From a virus, in UHGV virus genome UHGV-1370083: a stretch of DNA of 50,925 nt. The stretch is one strand, 5' to 3'. Below the pieces are notes generated by a model, which was given only the letters and a program-made list of their open reading frames with translations, ran no database searches and was not told where the DNA came from. Shown piece by piece: positions 1 through 9,470 of this stretch. The position numbers and the translations under genes are program-made. Every line of letters begins with the position of its first letter. The first letter of the stretch is position 1.

Positions 1-1164
1 AGTAGCCTGAGGAACAATTTCCGTATAGTCAGCAACTTCATCCCACGCATTTGCAACGCCTGCAGGAAGTCCGATATATACGTACGCGATGCCTCTCCAA
101 GTAGCAACGTTAATGTCGAATCTCTGACGACCATCATAGATGATACCTTTCGGTCTCTTCTGTTCGATTACGTCAAGAGTAAGAGCCAAACGTTCAGTGA
201 ATTCAAGACCGTGGTTTTCAGCGTTGTAGGACTTGTCTACAATGAAGAAGCCTCTGCCACCTTTCGTCTGAGCCAGCGTATTAAGATAAGGAGTCGTCTT
301 AAGAACTGCTTTCTTATACGCAGGATTCGGGTACATGGATTCGCCCTGCTTGAACATATCCATTGAAAGAGCCGTTTCAATAGCCGCCTTCAACAAAGGA
401 TCATTCGCAGCGACGATCGTCTTTTCACCCATAACGCCCGCATACTTGTTATTGTCATCTTTAAGGTTTTCCATATAAGTGATAACCTGATTGATAACGT
501 CTGCAAGTTTAGCGATACGAGCAGGGTCATCGCCCTTATAATCAATGTCCGCGTAGAAGTTATTGGACTGGTACGCAGCTGTAATCTCATCCGCACTCAT
601 ACCATCACGTTTTACAATAGTATGATGATTGTAGAACAGCGGATTCTTCGTGCCAGTAATATCACCGTCAGTCGTATCAGCGGAGTTAAGTTTCAGTCTA
701 GACTTACCATCTTTACCATCACCACCCCAAACAACTTCAACGCCATGACCTGCACCAAGAGCGGCCATAGCATATTCTACAATATCGCCGTGCCAACGTT
801 TTACAAATGCGTTCGCAGTATCTTTAGCCGTGCCATACTGTCTGTCTTCCAAGGTCTGCTGCGTAATGATGAACGAGCCCTGGAAAGTTCTCGTACGATA
901 CGTTGCAGAGAAACCTTCAGCAGTATTGAAGATAGGACCAATCGCATAGTCGTTCGTTTCTACAAATGCTTTGTCAAAGCCAATACTCGATACGTACGTT
1001 TCCTGGAACTTATCGATAGAGTTACGAGCATAAATCATGTCGATGGGGTTCTCACGTTCCCAAGCTTCTTGCTGATTTTTAATCATAGCGTTCAGAGGTT
1101 CACCCAGAACGTTATAATCGGTACGATTTTTCAATGCTTCATCAATGTTAATAATCACACCCAT
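1..1164 (-). CDS. Putative major capsid protein. Only the N-terminal 388 codons are in the window; the gene runs off the left edge.
   Basis: The start is ATG (complement of 1162-1164) preceded by AAGGAGGTG. The minus frame has no stop down to position 1, which is why it is absent from the ORF track. Its size and its position at the end of the morphogenesis block, after a scaffold-like gene, fit a capsid gene. The plus-strand ORF 622..1239 is its shadow. Confidence 0.5.
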   Translation of the reverse strand, partial: MGVIINIDEALKNRTDYNVLGEPLNAMIKNQQEAWERENPIDMIYARNSIDKFQETYVSSIGFDKAFVETNDYAIGPIFNTAEGFSATYRTRTFQGSFIITQQTLEDRQYGTAKDTANAFVKRWHGDIVEYAMAALGAGHGVEVVWGGDGKDGKSRLKLNSADTTDGDITGTKNPLFYNHHTIVKRDGMSADEITAAYQSNNFYADIDYKGDDPARIAKLADVINQVITYMENLKDDNNKYAGVMGEKTIVAANDPLLKAAIETALSMDMFKQGESMYPNPAYKKAVLKTTPYLNTLAQTKGGRGFFIVDKSYNAENHGLEFTERLALTLDVIEQKRPKGIIYDGRQRFDINVATWRGIAYVYIGLPAGVANAWDEVADYTEIVPQAT

Positions 1165-1178
1165 TTCTGTTCACCTCC

Positions 1179-1562
1179 TTACGAACGGTCACTGCCATCT
1201 GCGGCAGGAATAACGTCATCAAAGTTAATTACTTTGTAAAGCGCTACGTGTTTCCAAGGGTCAGTCTTTGCAGTCGGAGCCGTTGCTTTCGTCTGAGCCA
1301 CTTTCGGGTCATAACGATAATCACGGTTTTCAACCGGTACATGGCCATATGCAATGGTCTGGTCGGACTGAGCTACAATATACAATTTACCAGCGGCTGC
1401 GTTAGCAGCGGTTACGTCAGCTGCAGCAGCCTTTTTAATATACTGCTGAACAGTAGCAGTTTCTGCGGTAAACACTACAAAATCACCTACTTTGCAATCA
1501 CCTACAACAGCGGTATCGAGATAGACTTCACGCTGGAGGTATGCTGTTCTAAAACTTGCCAT
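1179..1562 (-). CDS. Small Ala-rich capsid-module protein (127 aa) of unknown function; possibly a decoration or auxiliary head protein.
   Basis: ATG at 1562 with GAGGT 8 nt upstream. It lies between the scaffold-like gene and the capsid gene. Confidence 0.4.
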   Translation of the reverse strand: MASFRTAYLQREVYLDTAVVGDCKVGDFVVFTAETATVQQYIKKAAAADVTAANAAAGKLYIVAQSDQTIAYGHVPVENRDYRYDPKVAQTKATAPTAKTDPWKHVALYKVINFDDVIPAADGSDRS

Positions 1563-1567
1563 TTCTT

Positions 1568-2293
1568 TTATACCTCTTTGTATTTATTATTGAGTTCTTC
1601 GTCAGTCATATTCGGATTGAAGAATTTCCAAAGTCGTTTCTCTTCGTCTGTAAGATGCCGCTTAGTTTTACCTTCAGGTGCTGCTCCACTCGGATTGTTC
1701 AAATGAGTAGTGCTACCTTTGGATGCTTCACTTCTTGCTTTGAGAATTAACTCTTCGCCATGCAGGTTGATATAAGACTTTTTTAAACTACCGGTTTTCT
1801 TCCAGTCCTCAATGACGTCCTTGGGAACTTCTTCAAGGGAAGCAAAATTCGTACCGGCAAGTTTGTTAACGTCTTCAAGCTCTTTCTTAGCAAATTCAGT
1901 AACCTGTCTCTGCTTAAGTTCTTCAAGCTCTTTCATTCTGGGGTCTTCTGCAAGACGTTTCTTAACAATCTCGTCTACAACCGGATTGACCAACTCTGGG
2001 TCAAGTCCTTTTTCTTCAAGCAACTTGTTTTGTTTGGACTTCTGCAGCTCATCATAAGAAGCATAACCTAACGACGTTGCAATTTCGTTCTGAGCTTCTA
2101 ATTTGGCTTTCTCCTTTTCTTCTTTAAGACGTTTCGCAAAAGATTTAGTCTTTGTAATATCGTCTTCTGTCGAAGTAGTAGGTGGAGTTTCCTGAGTAGT
2201 TTTACCTTCAGTCGCAGGTGGTGTTGCCTGCCCTTCATCTTTGAAGAGACTCTCTAACTCTTCCAAAGAGAAATCGTTTTCACCGTTAGGCAT
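1568..2293 (-). CDS. Putative scaffolding protein (241 aa).
   Basis: Highly charged, E/K-rich sequence with coiled-coil character, sitting immediately upstream of the capsid genes. Shine-Dalgarno AAGGAGA before the ATG at 2293. Confidence 0.4.
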   Translation of the reverse strand: MPNGENDFSLEELESLFKDEGQATPPATEGKTTQETPPTTSTEDDITKTKSFAKRLKEEKEKAKLEAQNEIATSLGYASYDELQKSKQNKLLEEKGLDPELVNPVVDEIVKKRLAEDPRMKELEELKQRQVTEFAKKELEDVNKLAGTNFASLEEVPKDVIEDWKKTGSLKKSYINLHGEELILKARSEASKGSTTHLNNPSGAAPEGKTKRHLTDEEKRLWKFFNPNMTDEELNNKYKEV

Positions 2294-2399
2294 ATTTAAA
2301 TGTCTCCTTTGGCTTATTTTTGTACGAGTGTCGGTGGCCTTCCGTTTTGCTGTACAATCATATTCTATATATGATTTCTCAAAATTGTTACACTACTTG

Positions 2400-3332
2400 T
2401 TAAGTTAGCTCAATAACCGGACCATCGTCTTTTACAATATCTTGTTTGGGCTCATCAAGCAGTGTAGGTTCAGGTTCTTTAGGTACTGCAACTTGGTGTT
2501 TTACAAAAGGCTCTTCAGAAGGTGGTACGTTTTTCCACTCTTCCAATAACTCGCATATCTCTTCACAAGTAGCAAGCTTCATACGAGCACCTGCTGCGCC
2601 AGACATTGCCCCAAAGAATAGTGACGAAAATAATACAGCGACCATCAGCAATAATGTAAATGCAGCTTCTTGCCAACCATCTTTAATAAATGATACAGCA
2701 ATTGATGCTGCAAATATCATAGACAAAACTGAACTAAATGCTTTCTTAAATTTACCAAATACATGGTAATGTTCAGCTTTATGAATACGCAACTTCATAC
2801 TATCACTTGCATTTACAGATAAAACATAAAGCATATCCTTAGGTGTTTTAATACCAGACTTAGGATATGCATGCTTTTTAATTTTACGAATTAAACGCTT
2901 GTGGTCGTGGTGTCTATATCCACCAGACTCAATGTCTGCGATACTGCGCCCAGTAATATCTTCGACGTCAGCCTTCCATTGTTCTACAAAGTTTCTGTTA
3001 TATTTGCGAATACAATTTTGCAGCTCATTATATTTCCAACCCTTACGAGCGTTATAGTATCTACGATGCACAGAATACTCTGGGTTATTGCGGTCCAACG
3101 TAATAGACTTTTCGTACATACTTGTATACCAAGAGTCCCAAACTATCCAGTTAAGTACTGCAGCTACTGCTGACAAAATACTTACATTCTTTAAACTCGG
3201 TTTTATTTTAAAGTCATCTACAAAAGATAAGTACGCCACAATGACAATGGAAATGAGGAACACAATTTGTGTTCCCCACTTCACTATGGTGGTCATAACT
3301 TTCTGTGTAGATAAGTCATTCACCTTTTTCAT
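2400..3332 (-). CDS. Membrane protein (310 aa, about four predicted transmembrane segments).
   Basis: Hydrophobic stretches VMTTIVKWGTQIVFLISIVIVAYL, SVLSMIFAASIAVSFI and LLLMVAVLFSSLFFGAM. Shine-Dalgarno GAAGGAGAAGG before the ATG at 3332. Confidence 0.45.
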   Translation of the reverse strand: MKKVNDLSTQKVMTTIVKWGTQIVFLISIVIVAYLSFVDDFKIKPSLKNVSILSAVAAVLNWIVWDSWYTSMYEKSITLDRNNPEYSVHRRYYNARKGWKYNELQNCIRKYNRNFVEQWKADVEDITGRSIADIESGGYRHHDHKRLIRKIKKHAYPKSGIKTPKDMLYVLSVNASDSMKLRIHKAEHYHVFGKFKKAFSSVLSMIFAASIAVSFIKDGWQEAAFTLLLMVAVLFSSLFFGAMSGAAGARMKLATCEEICELLEEWKNVPPSEEPFVKHQVAVPKEPEPTLLDEPKQDIVKDDGPVIELT

Positions 3333-3846
3333 CGCCTTCTCCTTCTGTGTCTTCTTCTATATCTTCTATGTCGATAAAGCAACACATTTTAAAAAGCATT
3401 CCTATAAGGACTAAGAGAAATATTAAAGTTATCGCGCCTTTAAATGCAACTAAACCATCTACAAGAGCTCTAACAAAAAGTACTGCTAAGCCAAGAGATA
3501 ATAAAACTTCGAGTGCATTTATAGCATATAAAATCATTTTACACTTTTTCCATCTTGCAATTATTAAATCATCGTTACCATTTGCAATAGAGTAGTCATG
3601 CTCAAGGTCGTAACATTCTTGCTCGTATCTTTTAAGTTTACTTGCGAATAAGTACTTACGAATAATAATTACTGTTATTAGTAACGAGCCTATTGAAGCA
3701 ATAGACCATTTAAATGGCGTGCTGTGAGACTCGAATAATTCTAAACAAGTTACAACTATCGGTCCCACAAACACGAGTGCCATATAAACAATATCTTGCC
3801 ACAAAGGCGTCTTCAATACTCTTGATGTTGCCTTTGCCTTTGCCAT
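3316..3846 (-). CDS. Membrane protein (176 aa, four predicted transmembrane segments).
   Basis: Four hydrophobic helices and an acidic C-terminus. ATG at 3846 with GTGAGGTG upstream. Confidence 0.45.
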   Translation of the reverse strand: MAKAKATSRVLKTPLWQDIVYMALVFVGPIVVTCLELFESHSTPFKWSIASIGSLLITVIIIRKYLFASKLKRYEQECYDLEHDYSIANGNDDLIIARWKKCKMILYAINALEVLLSLGLAVLFVRALVDGLVAFKGAITLIFLLVLIGMLFKMCCFIDIEDIEEDTEGEGDEKGE

Positions 3847-3854
3847 AAGTCACC

Positions 3855-4295
3855 TCACAACTTTACTTCTTCTACAACCATATCACCGGTTAACTCTTTT
3901 AACTCATCCTGCTCATCTTCTGTAAGCTTCTGAGTATGAGTAAACTTCGATAATATTTTAAGAATAAGTAACAATTCTTGTTTTACAATCTGGAGCTGTT
4001 CATTCTGAGTATCACCAATTTTTTCCAAACCTTCTTTAATAGGCTTTTCAATTTTCTCTGAAATATCAATCTTGATTTTCTGTGGTAATACTGCAGTTTT
4101 GAATGACTCTTCAATGTATTGCTTACTTACTGCAATCTGTTCTTGCATAGCCTTTTCGCTTACCTTTGCTTCGCGTTTTGCTTTTGCAATAGACTTAGTG
4201 CAATAAATTACGTTTGCAATAATAGTAACAAGAGATACTCCGCCGATACTCAGACTTAAAATCTGAGCAAAATACTGTGAAAACTGGTCTAACAT
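3855..4295 (-). CDS. Hypothetical protein with an N-terminal transmembrane segment and a coiled coil. Start revised to the internal ATG, giving 146 aa.
   Basis: GAAGGAGGTATAAA lies before the ATG at 4293-4295. The ORF-track start at 4334 lacks an RBS and would overlap the upstream gene. TAAAATG stop-start junction with the upstream gene. Confidence 0.4.
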   Translation of the reverse strand: MLDQFSQYFAQILSLSIGGVSLVTIIANVIYCTKSIAKAKREAKVSEKAMQEQIAVSKQYIEESFKTAVLPQKIKIDISEKIEKPIKEGLEKIGDTQNEQLQIVKQELLLILKILSKFTHTQKLTEDEQDELKELTGDMVVEEVKL

Positions 4296-4296
4296 T

Positions 4297-4500
4297 TTAT
4301 ACCTCCTTCTCGTCTTTGAGATTTGCAACTTCAACAGCTAAAGCTTTTAATTTGCCTTCAATATCTGTCTTCTGTTTAACTTCGTCAATAAGATTAAGCT
4401 GCACTGCAGTTAAGTTATTGAGTTCGTGTTTTACGTCTTGCAGCGCTTTTTCAATCGACCCAAGATGCTCGATAAGCGCATTATACACTCTCAGTTCCAT
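4297..4500 (-). CDS. Small coiled-coil protein (67 aa).
   Basis: ATG at 4500. It lies within an operon of tightly coupled small genes. Confidence 0.35.
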   Translation of the reverse strand: MELRVYNALIEHLGSIEKALQDVKHELNNLTAVQLNLIDEVKQKTDIEGKLKALAVEVANLKDEKEV

Positions 4501-4807
4501 TACCTTTCACCGCCTTGTTGTATTCATCAGGTGCTGCAGGTTTATAACCAGCTACAATAGCTGCAGCCTTCATAAATGAAGCAGCGTGATTGCCTTCGTC
4601 TTCTGTAACTGCATTGATGAGTTTAGAAAATACTTCTGCTTTTTCAGGCTCATCAGCATACAGTTTCTTGAGTGCATTACAAGCATATTGGTATTGTCCA
4701 ATAGTTTCCTGCTCAGATAATGCGAGTGCATTGAGGATGCAATTAGTTGCACCCTCTTTGCAGCCCGCAAGTAACGCTTCGTCTACAACCCATTTTAAAT
4801 CAGTCAT
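4481..4807 (-). CDS. Hypothetical protein. Start revised to the internal ATG (MTDLKWVV...), giving 108 aa.
   Basis: TGGAGG lies before the ATG at 4805-4807, and TAAAATG is the junction with the upstream gene. The ORF-track start at 4891 is embedded in the upstream gene. Confidence 0.35.
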   Translation of the reverse strand: MTDLKWVVDEALLAGCKEGATNCILNALALSEQETIGQYQYACNALKKLYADEPEKAEVFSKLINAVTEDEGNHAASFMKAAAIVAGYKPAAPDEYNKAVKGNGTESV

Positions 4808-4808
4808 T

Positions 4809-5150
4809 TTAGTTTGCCTCCAATTTGTTAATTTCTTGACGCCAACCTTTGCGCTGAAGAATAATTGAGTCATATTGCTTATGAAGCTCAACTAATTCTT
4901 CAGTATCAGAATTAAAATTTGCCTCAGCTATTTTAGCTGCAATATAATCGGTATCTGCAAGATACTTCTTATATTCTGCAATCTTCTGTGCTTTCTCGTA
5001 AGCAGCCTTCTCTTGTGCAGTAGGTTCTTTTGGCTTTGTCAGTTCTTCAAACTCTTCTTTTGTAATTTGAATATAATTCTTGTCAATAAGAGGTGATTTG
5101 AGATTAAGAAAACCTCTGTTATCTTTCTTCTTGTAATAAAATCTTTCCAT
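4809..5150 (-). CDS. Hypothetical protein (113 aa).
   Basis: ATG at 5150 with AAAGGAGAAACAACA upstream. Confidence 0.4.
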   Translation of the reverse strand: MERFYYKKKDNRGFLNLKSPLIDKNYIQITKEEFEELTKPKEPTAQEKAAYEKAQKIAEYKKYLADTDYIAAKIAEANFNSDTEELVELHKQYDSIILQRKGWRQEINKLEAN

Positions 5151-5163
5151 TGTTGTTTCTCCT

Positions 5164-5628
5164 TTAAAGTTCAGTTACAGTATCTGATGTTATTTCTGTA
5201 CCGTGTTTAGAATTATTACAGTTTGAACCATATCCCGCGATTTTGCTTGAGTACCACACTTCGATATAATTTCCCGGGCATTCAAGATATGCCACGAAAG
5301 GATAAGAGAATGCGTTGTTATTTTCTTTGAATCTAACTATCATTTTACTATTAGGAAAAGTTTTAATGTAGTTAACCAAATCAGAAAGAGTATAACCAGT
5401 AGGTCTATAAGATTTAAAAATAATTGCGCTATATCCATAGGCGGAATGATTCATTTCAACGAAATGCTGATACAACTTTCCACCACTTTCGATAGTACTA
5501 AATTCAAGACCACTTCCGTCATCTTTAACTTTAAGTACTTGCCCAGCCTGACCAATAGCATCAGGCATCAATCTGTCTTGAATATCGTAATCTGTATTTC
5601 CGACATTCATTCTATTTATTAAACTCAT
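5164..5628 (-). CDS. Hypothetical protein (154 aa).
   Basis: ATG at 5628 with AAAGGAGGTTAGAA upstream. Confidence 0.45.
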   Translation of the reverse strand: MSLINRMNVGNTDYDIQDRLMPDAIGQAGQVLKVKDDGSGLEFSTIESGGKLYQHFVEMNHSAYGYSAIIFKSYRPTGYTLSDLVNYIKTFPNSKMIVRFKENNNAFSYPFVAYLECPGNYIEVWYSSKIAGYGSNCNNSKHGTEITSDTVTEL

Positions 5629-5640
5629 TTCTAACCTCCT

Positions 5641-6126
5641 TTAGAAAACTATTGTTTTATTAACTACGGTAGCTCCACTTTTAACTACCAAAGTTTTGTC
5701 TACAACTGATGCATCAATACCTACAATTGTTCCAAGTGACGTCAGTTTAGTATTACTTGTTTTAACAGTATAAACACTACCTTTAACTTGTACAAAAGTA
5801 ATTCTAAAAATATCACCAGGTTTAAAATTAAGATACGCATCTGTTAGCATCACATAATCACCAATCTTAACCTGTTCAGTAGGTTTAATACTTCCTGAGT
5901 CAAGCTTCCAATTGAGACTACTAACGCCTTGCCCGCTACCTACAATTTTTCCAAGATACTGTGGTATGCCGCTTTTCTGAGTGGCACTGATATGACCATT
6001 CTCTCCGACTACAAAATCGTCAGGGTTGAATGATGCAATACCTGGGTTCTCAGTATCTGCGTATGGAATTTGAGGGTACTCATCGTTATCAATGACCTGT
6101 GTTTCAATTATATCTTGTTCACTCAT
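5641..6126 (-). CDS. Fibre/spike-like protein (161 aa) sharing an N-terminal domain with the downstream-upstream 883-aa collagen-like protein.
   Basis: Its N-terminal 110 aa or so align with the N-terminus of ORF 6152..8803: GIASFNxxDFxVxNG...GxPQYxGxIVG...VKIGxYxML...GxxFxIT. AAAAGGAGAAAAC before the ATG at 6126. Confidence 0.5.
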   Translation of the reverse strand: MSEQDIIETQVIDNDEYPQIPYADTENPGIASFNPDDFVVGENGHISATQKSGIPQYLGKIVGSGQGVSSLNWKLDSGSIKPTEQVKIGDYVMLTDAYLNFKPGDIFRITFVQVKGSVYTVKTSNTKLTSLGTIVGIDASVVDKTLVVKSGATVVNKTIVF

Positions 6127-6151
6127 TTTAGTTTTCTCCTTTTCATGATGA

Positions 6152-8803
6152 TTATATAGTTGTTACTGTGTCTGTAATAGTGTAGTCAGATAATGTTACC
6201 GAACCTAACCCATTTTCTGGGTGAATGTAGTATACTTCAAGCATCTCGGTATCTACTTTAAAAACAGGATAGTATAAACTACTGGCACCATCGTATACTA
6301 AACCAGATACATTCTCTGTAGCAGCATCACCTATAAGTGTCTTAAGGTCTGTGAGAGAGTTTACAACGAGTGATTTAGAGCTATATACTACCATATTAAA
6401 AAAGGCATCTCTGTCTGCGCCTGTAAAATTGATTACGTGCTTGTAGATATCGATATTACCTGTACCTAAAATAGAGTTTGTACCGAAGAGAATCTTGGTT
6501 GTGAGAGCACCAGTCTGGCCGTCTATTGATTTTACACCTTCGCTTGCACCGTTCAAGACAGCTTCATTACGAGTCCACTTACCATTTGGCGGGGATATTA
6601 GCATAGTAATCTCGTAAGCCTTATCAGACTTAAAGTATATGGCTCTATACCGTATAATCTTATCATCTGCGTTAGACGAATACTTTAAAATCATTTCCGA
6701 GGTAGTGTCATAAACATAATAATTATGCCCGTCTGGATTGCATAATTTTTCCTTTACGTCAGCAGCAAGTGTCCCAGTACTTGTACCATTAGGAATAGTA
6801 AAGGCTTTTACAAAATTTTCAGAAATATCAACTTTTTTCTCGTCCACGTATTGCTTATTTGTACAGTCCAGATTATCAATAGGAGTATTAGTTCTTATAT
6901 TACCTCCAGTTGTATATTGGGCTATATGTCCTTGCTCTGGAACATTTTCAGAAGTAGGAATTATATATTGCTCTCCTCCTGCTGAAATTCCATATACTCT
7001 AGTATTTTGAGTAGCTGTAATAACTTTTGCAATGAATCCTTCATCTACATATTTCCTGTTAGCTGCTTGATAAGGTTTTGTTGGAGTATTTGTAATTAGA
7101 ACACCACCGTCTCCCGCTATTGCATCACCAACCGCATAGCTTCTATAGGCTGGAATATCTCCTGTATCAGCTCTATCGTCGTCATCTACATATAGCAATA
7201 GATTTTCTGGCGGTAATAATGTTGCTTTTTTTGGAAGATAAGGAACGCGATTATAGTTACTAGAACTACCTGTAGATGCGTCTATAATATTAAATATTTT
7301 GCTATGGTCAACTTTAACATCAATCTTCTCACTATCGGCTGCTTTATCTATTACAATACCGTCTTTTCCTACAATAGGAATTGCTAAGTCCATCATAGCA
7401 TCATGATTAGTTCCTTCTGCTGTAAATCTTGCAGTGGAATTGATTTGAATACCTTCTGTAGTGTCGTATTGAACTGTTGTATCTCCCAGTGTCAGGTTAA
7501 CGTCTGTGAGAGAATTGATGCCGTCGTCTTTTCCACCGTCAATAAATTTTACATTTTTTTGTGAAGAATCTACTTCTACTTTAACTTTATGCCCGTTTGT
7601 GAAATTACTATAAGCATCTCTTGTTGCAATAGGTTGTAAGTCGCTTGCATTTACGTCTACATTTCCTTTGCTATCCAATTTGATGTCGCCAACATAAGCA
7701 GTTCCAGAATTATCGTAAACAAGTCCGCCGTCATTAGTCCCATCATATTTAGGCGTTATTAAACCTGCGGGAGAAGTCAATGCAGAGATATTATCTTTTG
7801 CTACGTAAATCAATTTGTCTGCGACTTTTAAAGTCGTTGACTCTATAACAGAAGTTTCTCCACTTACGCTTAAATTGCCTGAAACAATTAAGTTTCCTGT
7901 AATTGTTCCGCCGGTTCTATCAAGTTTCTTTAACAGTTCAGCATCTGTATAATTCAGCAAAGTCTTTTGCTGTTTGTAAGAAACTGCGTCCTCATCAGAT
8001 ACAGCGTCAGCGGTTTTTACTCGCCCTGCGCTATCACGTTTTACAATACTATTCGGCGTTTCCGTTACTTCTCCGTCAACTTTAACTTCAACCTGCATTT
8101 TATTATTGACTTTGTCAATTAAAATGCCGTCACCTGGAATTACCGGAATATCAAGAGTTGCAGGAATATCGTAAGCTTCACCATCATCTCTAGTAAATCT
8201 TACTATTGCAGACAACTGAATACCGTCGGTACTATCATACTGAACATTCTCAAACTCGCCATGCGGATAGTCAATATCAATAATATCTTTAATACCAGCG
8301 CCTTCTTTACCCTGCTCTCCTCGGTCGCCTTTATCACCTTTATCACCTTTATCGCCTTTATCACCTTTATCGCCTTTATCACCTTTATCACCTTTATCGC
8401 CTTTTGGTCCTACTTCACCTTGCAATGAAAATACGCTCTGATTATCAGTAATAACCAAAAAGTTTTCATCAGCTGAAATACCTGTAATTACAAAAACTTC
8501 GCCTCTGGTAAAACCAAAAGCGTCTTCTCGTAACATAATGTATTCACCAATTTTTACAGGTCTGTTATCTACAAGACTTGCGTCGTCTATAGTCCAAGTT
8601 AAATCGCCTTCTCCTTCTTCCTGTCCTACAATAGTACCTACATATTGTGGAACGCCTCTTTCCCAAATAGCTGAGACTTCACCATTATTAACAGTGAAGT
8701 CTTTAGCATTAAAAGAAGCTATACCTTTAGCAGAATTACTTGCAATAGGAATTGAAACAGCGCCAGGGCTATCTACGTTTTCTACTACGTCTTTCTCAGA
8801 CAT
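6152..8803 (-). CDS. Collagen-like repeat fibre protein, putative tail fibre or receptor-binding protein (883 aa).
   Basis: The conserved N-terminal anchor-like domain is followed by (GDK)x10 within a 13-triplet G-X-Y run, then a long Thr/Asn/Tyr-rich C-terminal region. TTAAGGAGGTAAAC before the ATG at 8801-8803. Confidence 0.6.
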   Translation of the reverse strand: MSEKDVVENVDSPGAVSIPIASNSAKGIASFNAKDFTVNNGEVSAIWERGVPQYVGTIVGQEEGEGDLTWTIDDASLVDNRPVKIGEYIMLREDAFGFTRGEVFVITGISADENFLVITDNQSVFSLQGEVGPKGDKGDKGDKGDKGDKGDKGDKGDKGDRGEQGKEGAGIKDIIDIDYPHGEFENVQYDSTDGIQLSAIVRFTRDDGEAYDIPATLDIPVIPGDGILIDKVNNKMQVEVKVDGEVTETPNSIVKRDSAGRVKTADAVSDEDAVSYKQQKTLLNYTDAELLKKLDRTGGTITGNLIVSGNLSVSGETSVIESTTLKVADKLIYVAKDNISALTSPAGLITPKYDGTNDGGLVYDNSGTAYVGDIKLDSKGNVDVNASDLQPIATRDAYSNFTNGHKVKVEVDSSQKNVKFIDGGKDDGINSLTDVNLTLGDTTVQYDTTEGIQINSTARFTAEGTNHDAMMDLAIPIVGKDGIVIDKAADSEKIDVKVDHSKIFNIIDASTGSSSNYNRVPYLPKKATLLPPENLLLYVDDDDRADTGDIPAYRSYAVGDAIAGDGGVLITNTPTKPYQAANRKYVDEGFIAKVITATQNTRVYGISAGGEQYIIPTSENVPEQGHIAQYTTGGNIRTNTPIDNLDCTNKQYVDEKKVDISENFVKAFTIPNGTSTGTLAADVKEKLCNPDGHNYYVYDTTSEMILKYSSNADDKIIRYRAIYFKSDKAYEITMLISPPNGKWTRNEAVLNGASEGVKSIDGQTGALTTKILFGTNSILGTGNIDIYKHVINFTGADRDAFFNMVVYSSKSLVVNSLTDLKTLIGDAATENVSGLVYDGASSLYYPVFKVDTEMLEVYYIHPENGLGSVTLSDYTITDTVTTI
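8327..8408. repeat. Tandem 9-nt repeat (CTTTATCAC/CGCCTTTAT units, about 9-10 copies) that encodes the GDKGDK... collagen-like tract.
   Basis: Read directly from the sequence. The plus-strand ORF 8203..8391 (MIKVIKAIKV...) is an artefact of this repeat. Confidence 0.85.
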
Positions 8804-8816
8804 AATGTTTACCTCC

Positions 8817-9470
8817 TTAAGATTGTTTTATAATAAGTTTTTCTGGTCTTTGCAAAATATCTTCGGTGGTATAATTTGCCAACGGCGCAGAAGGTCTTAT
8901 ATTACGTACCATATCAGGTCTGCATTTCTTAATCTCGTTATACAAGGTCAAATTATCAGTGGGCTTGAATGGTCTATAAGGATAGATTGAGTTATACATA
9001 CCTTTTAGCACGTCATTAGTTTTCTGACCACCAATAAGTTTAAAAGTATATTGATACTGACTTTCAACCCAATCACGAGTTTGATACTCAAGGAATTGTT
9101 TTGTAAATACAAATGAATAAGCGACATATTTATTATCGCTGCTATACATATAATAATTACTATCATACATATAAATATTACTTGTAGCTGTACAGCCAGC
9201 AGGTAATGTATTAGAATTAAACTGCTCTGCAGTTAACAATATAGGCGTAGAACTTTGAAACTTAGGGTACTTCTCAAGGTTCAGCCAATAATTACATTTG
9301 TAACGACCTTCAACATTGTACGCTGTTGAAGTCACTGAGATAACAAGATAGGGGTTAAGTATCGAAGTAGGTAAAACAAAAGGAGTTCTGCCATCATCTT
9401 TAAACACCTTGCGCGACAACACAAATGTCTCGCCACGTCTTACAATAATGTTCTTGCCTAATACCTTCAT
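8817..9470 (-). CDS. Hypothetical virion-module protein (217 aa, Tyr/Asn-rich).
   Basis: ATG at 9470. It lies between the portal and fibre genes. Confidence 0.45.
   Translation of the reverse strand: MKVLGKNIIVRRGETFVLSRKVFKDDGRTPFVLPTSILNPYLVISVTSTAYNVEGRYKCNYWLNLEKYPKFQSSTPILLTAEQFNSNTLPAGCTATSNIYMYDSNYYMYSSDNKYVAYSFVFTKQFLEYQTRDWVESQYQYTFKLIGGQKTNDVLKGMYNSIYPYRPFKPTDNLTLYNEIKKCRPDMVRNIRPSAPLANYTTEDILQRPEKLIIKQS

Noticed and set aside
622-1706. Plus-strand ORFs 622..1239 and 1248..1706, with similar plus-strand ORFs throughout 1-14489 (e.g. 9809..10123, 11129..11902, 12573..12785).
   Set aside because: They lie antisense within minus-strand genes that have strong RBSs and coherent operon structure. 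They lack an RBS and have low-complexity, Ser/Leu/Cys-rich composition typical of shadow ORFs.
8203-8391. ORF encoding MIKVIKAIKVIKAIKV..., a striking periodic peptide.
   Set aside because: It is the reverse-strand reading of the 9-nt tandem repeat that encodes the GDK collagen-like tract of the fibre gene. It is an artefact of the repeat, not a gene.
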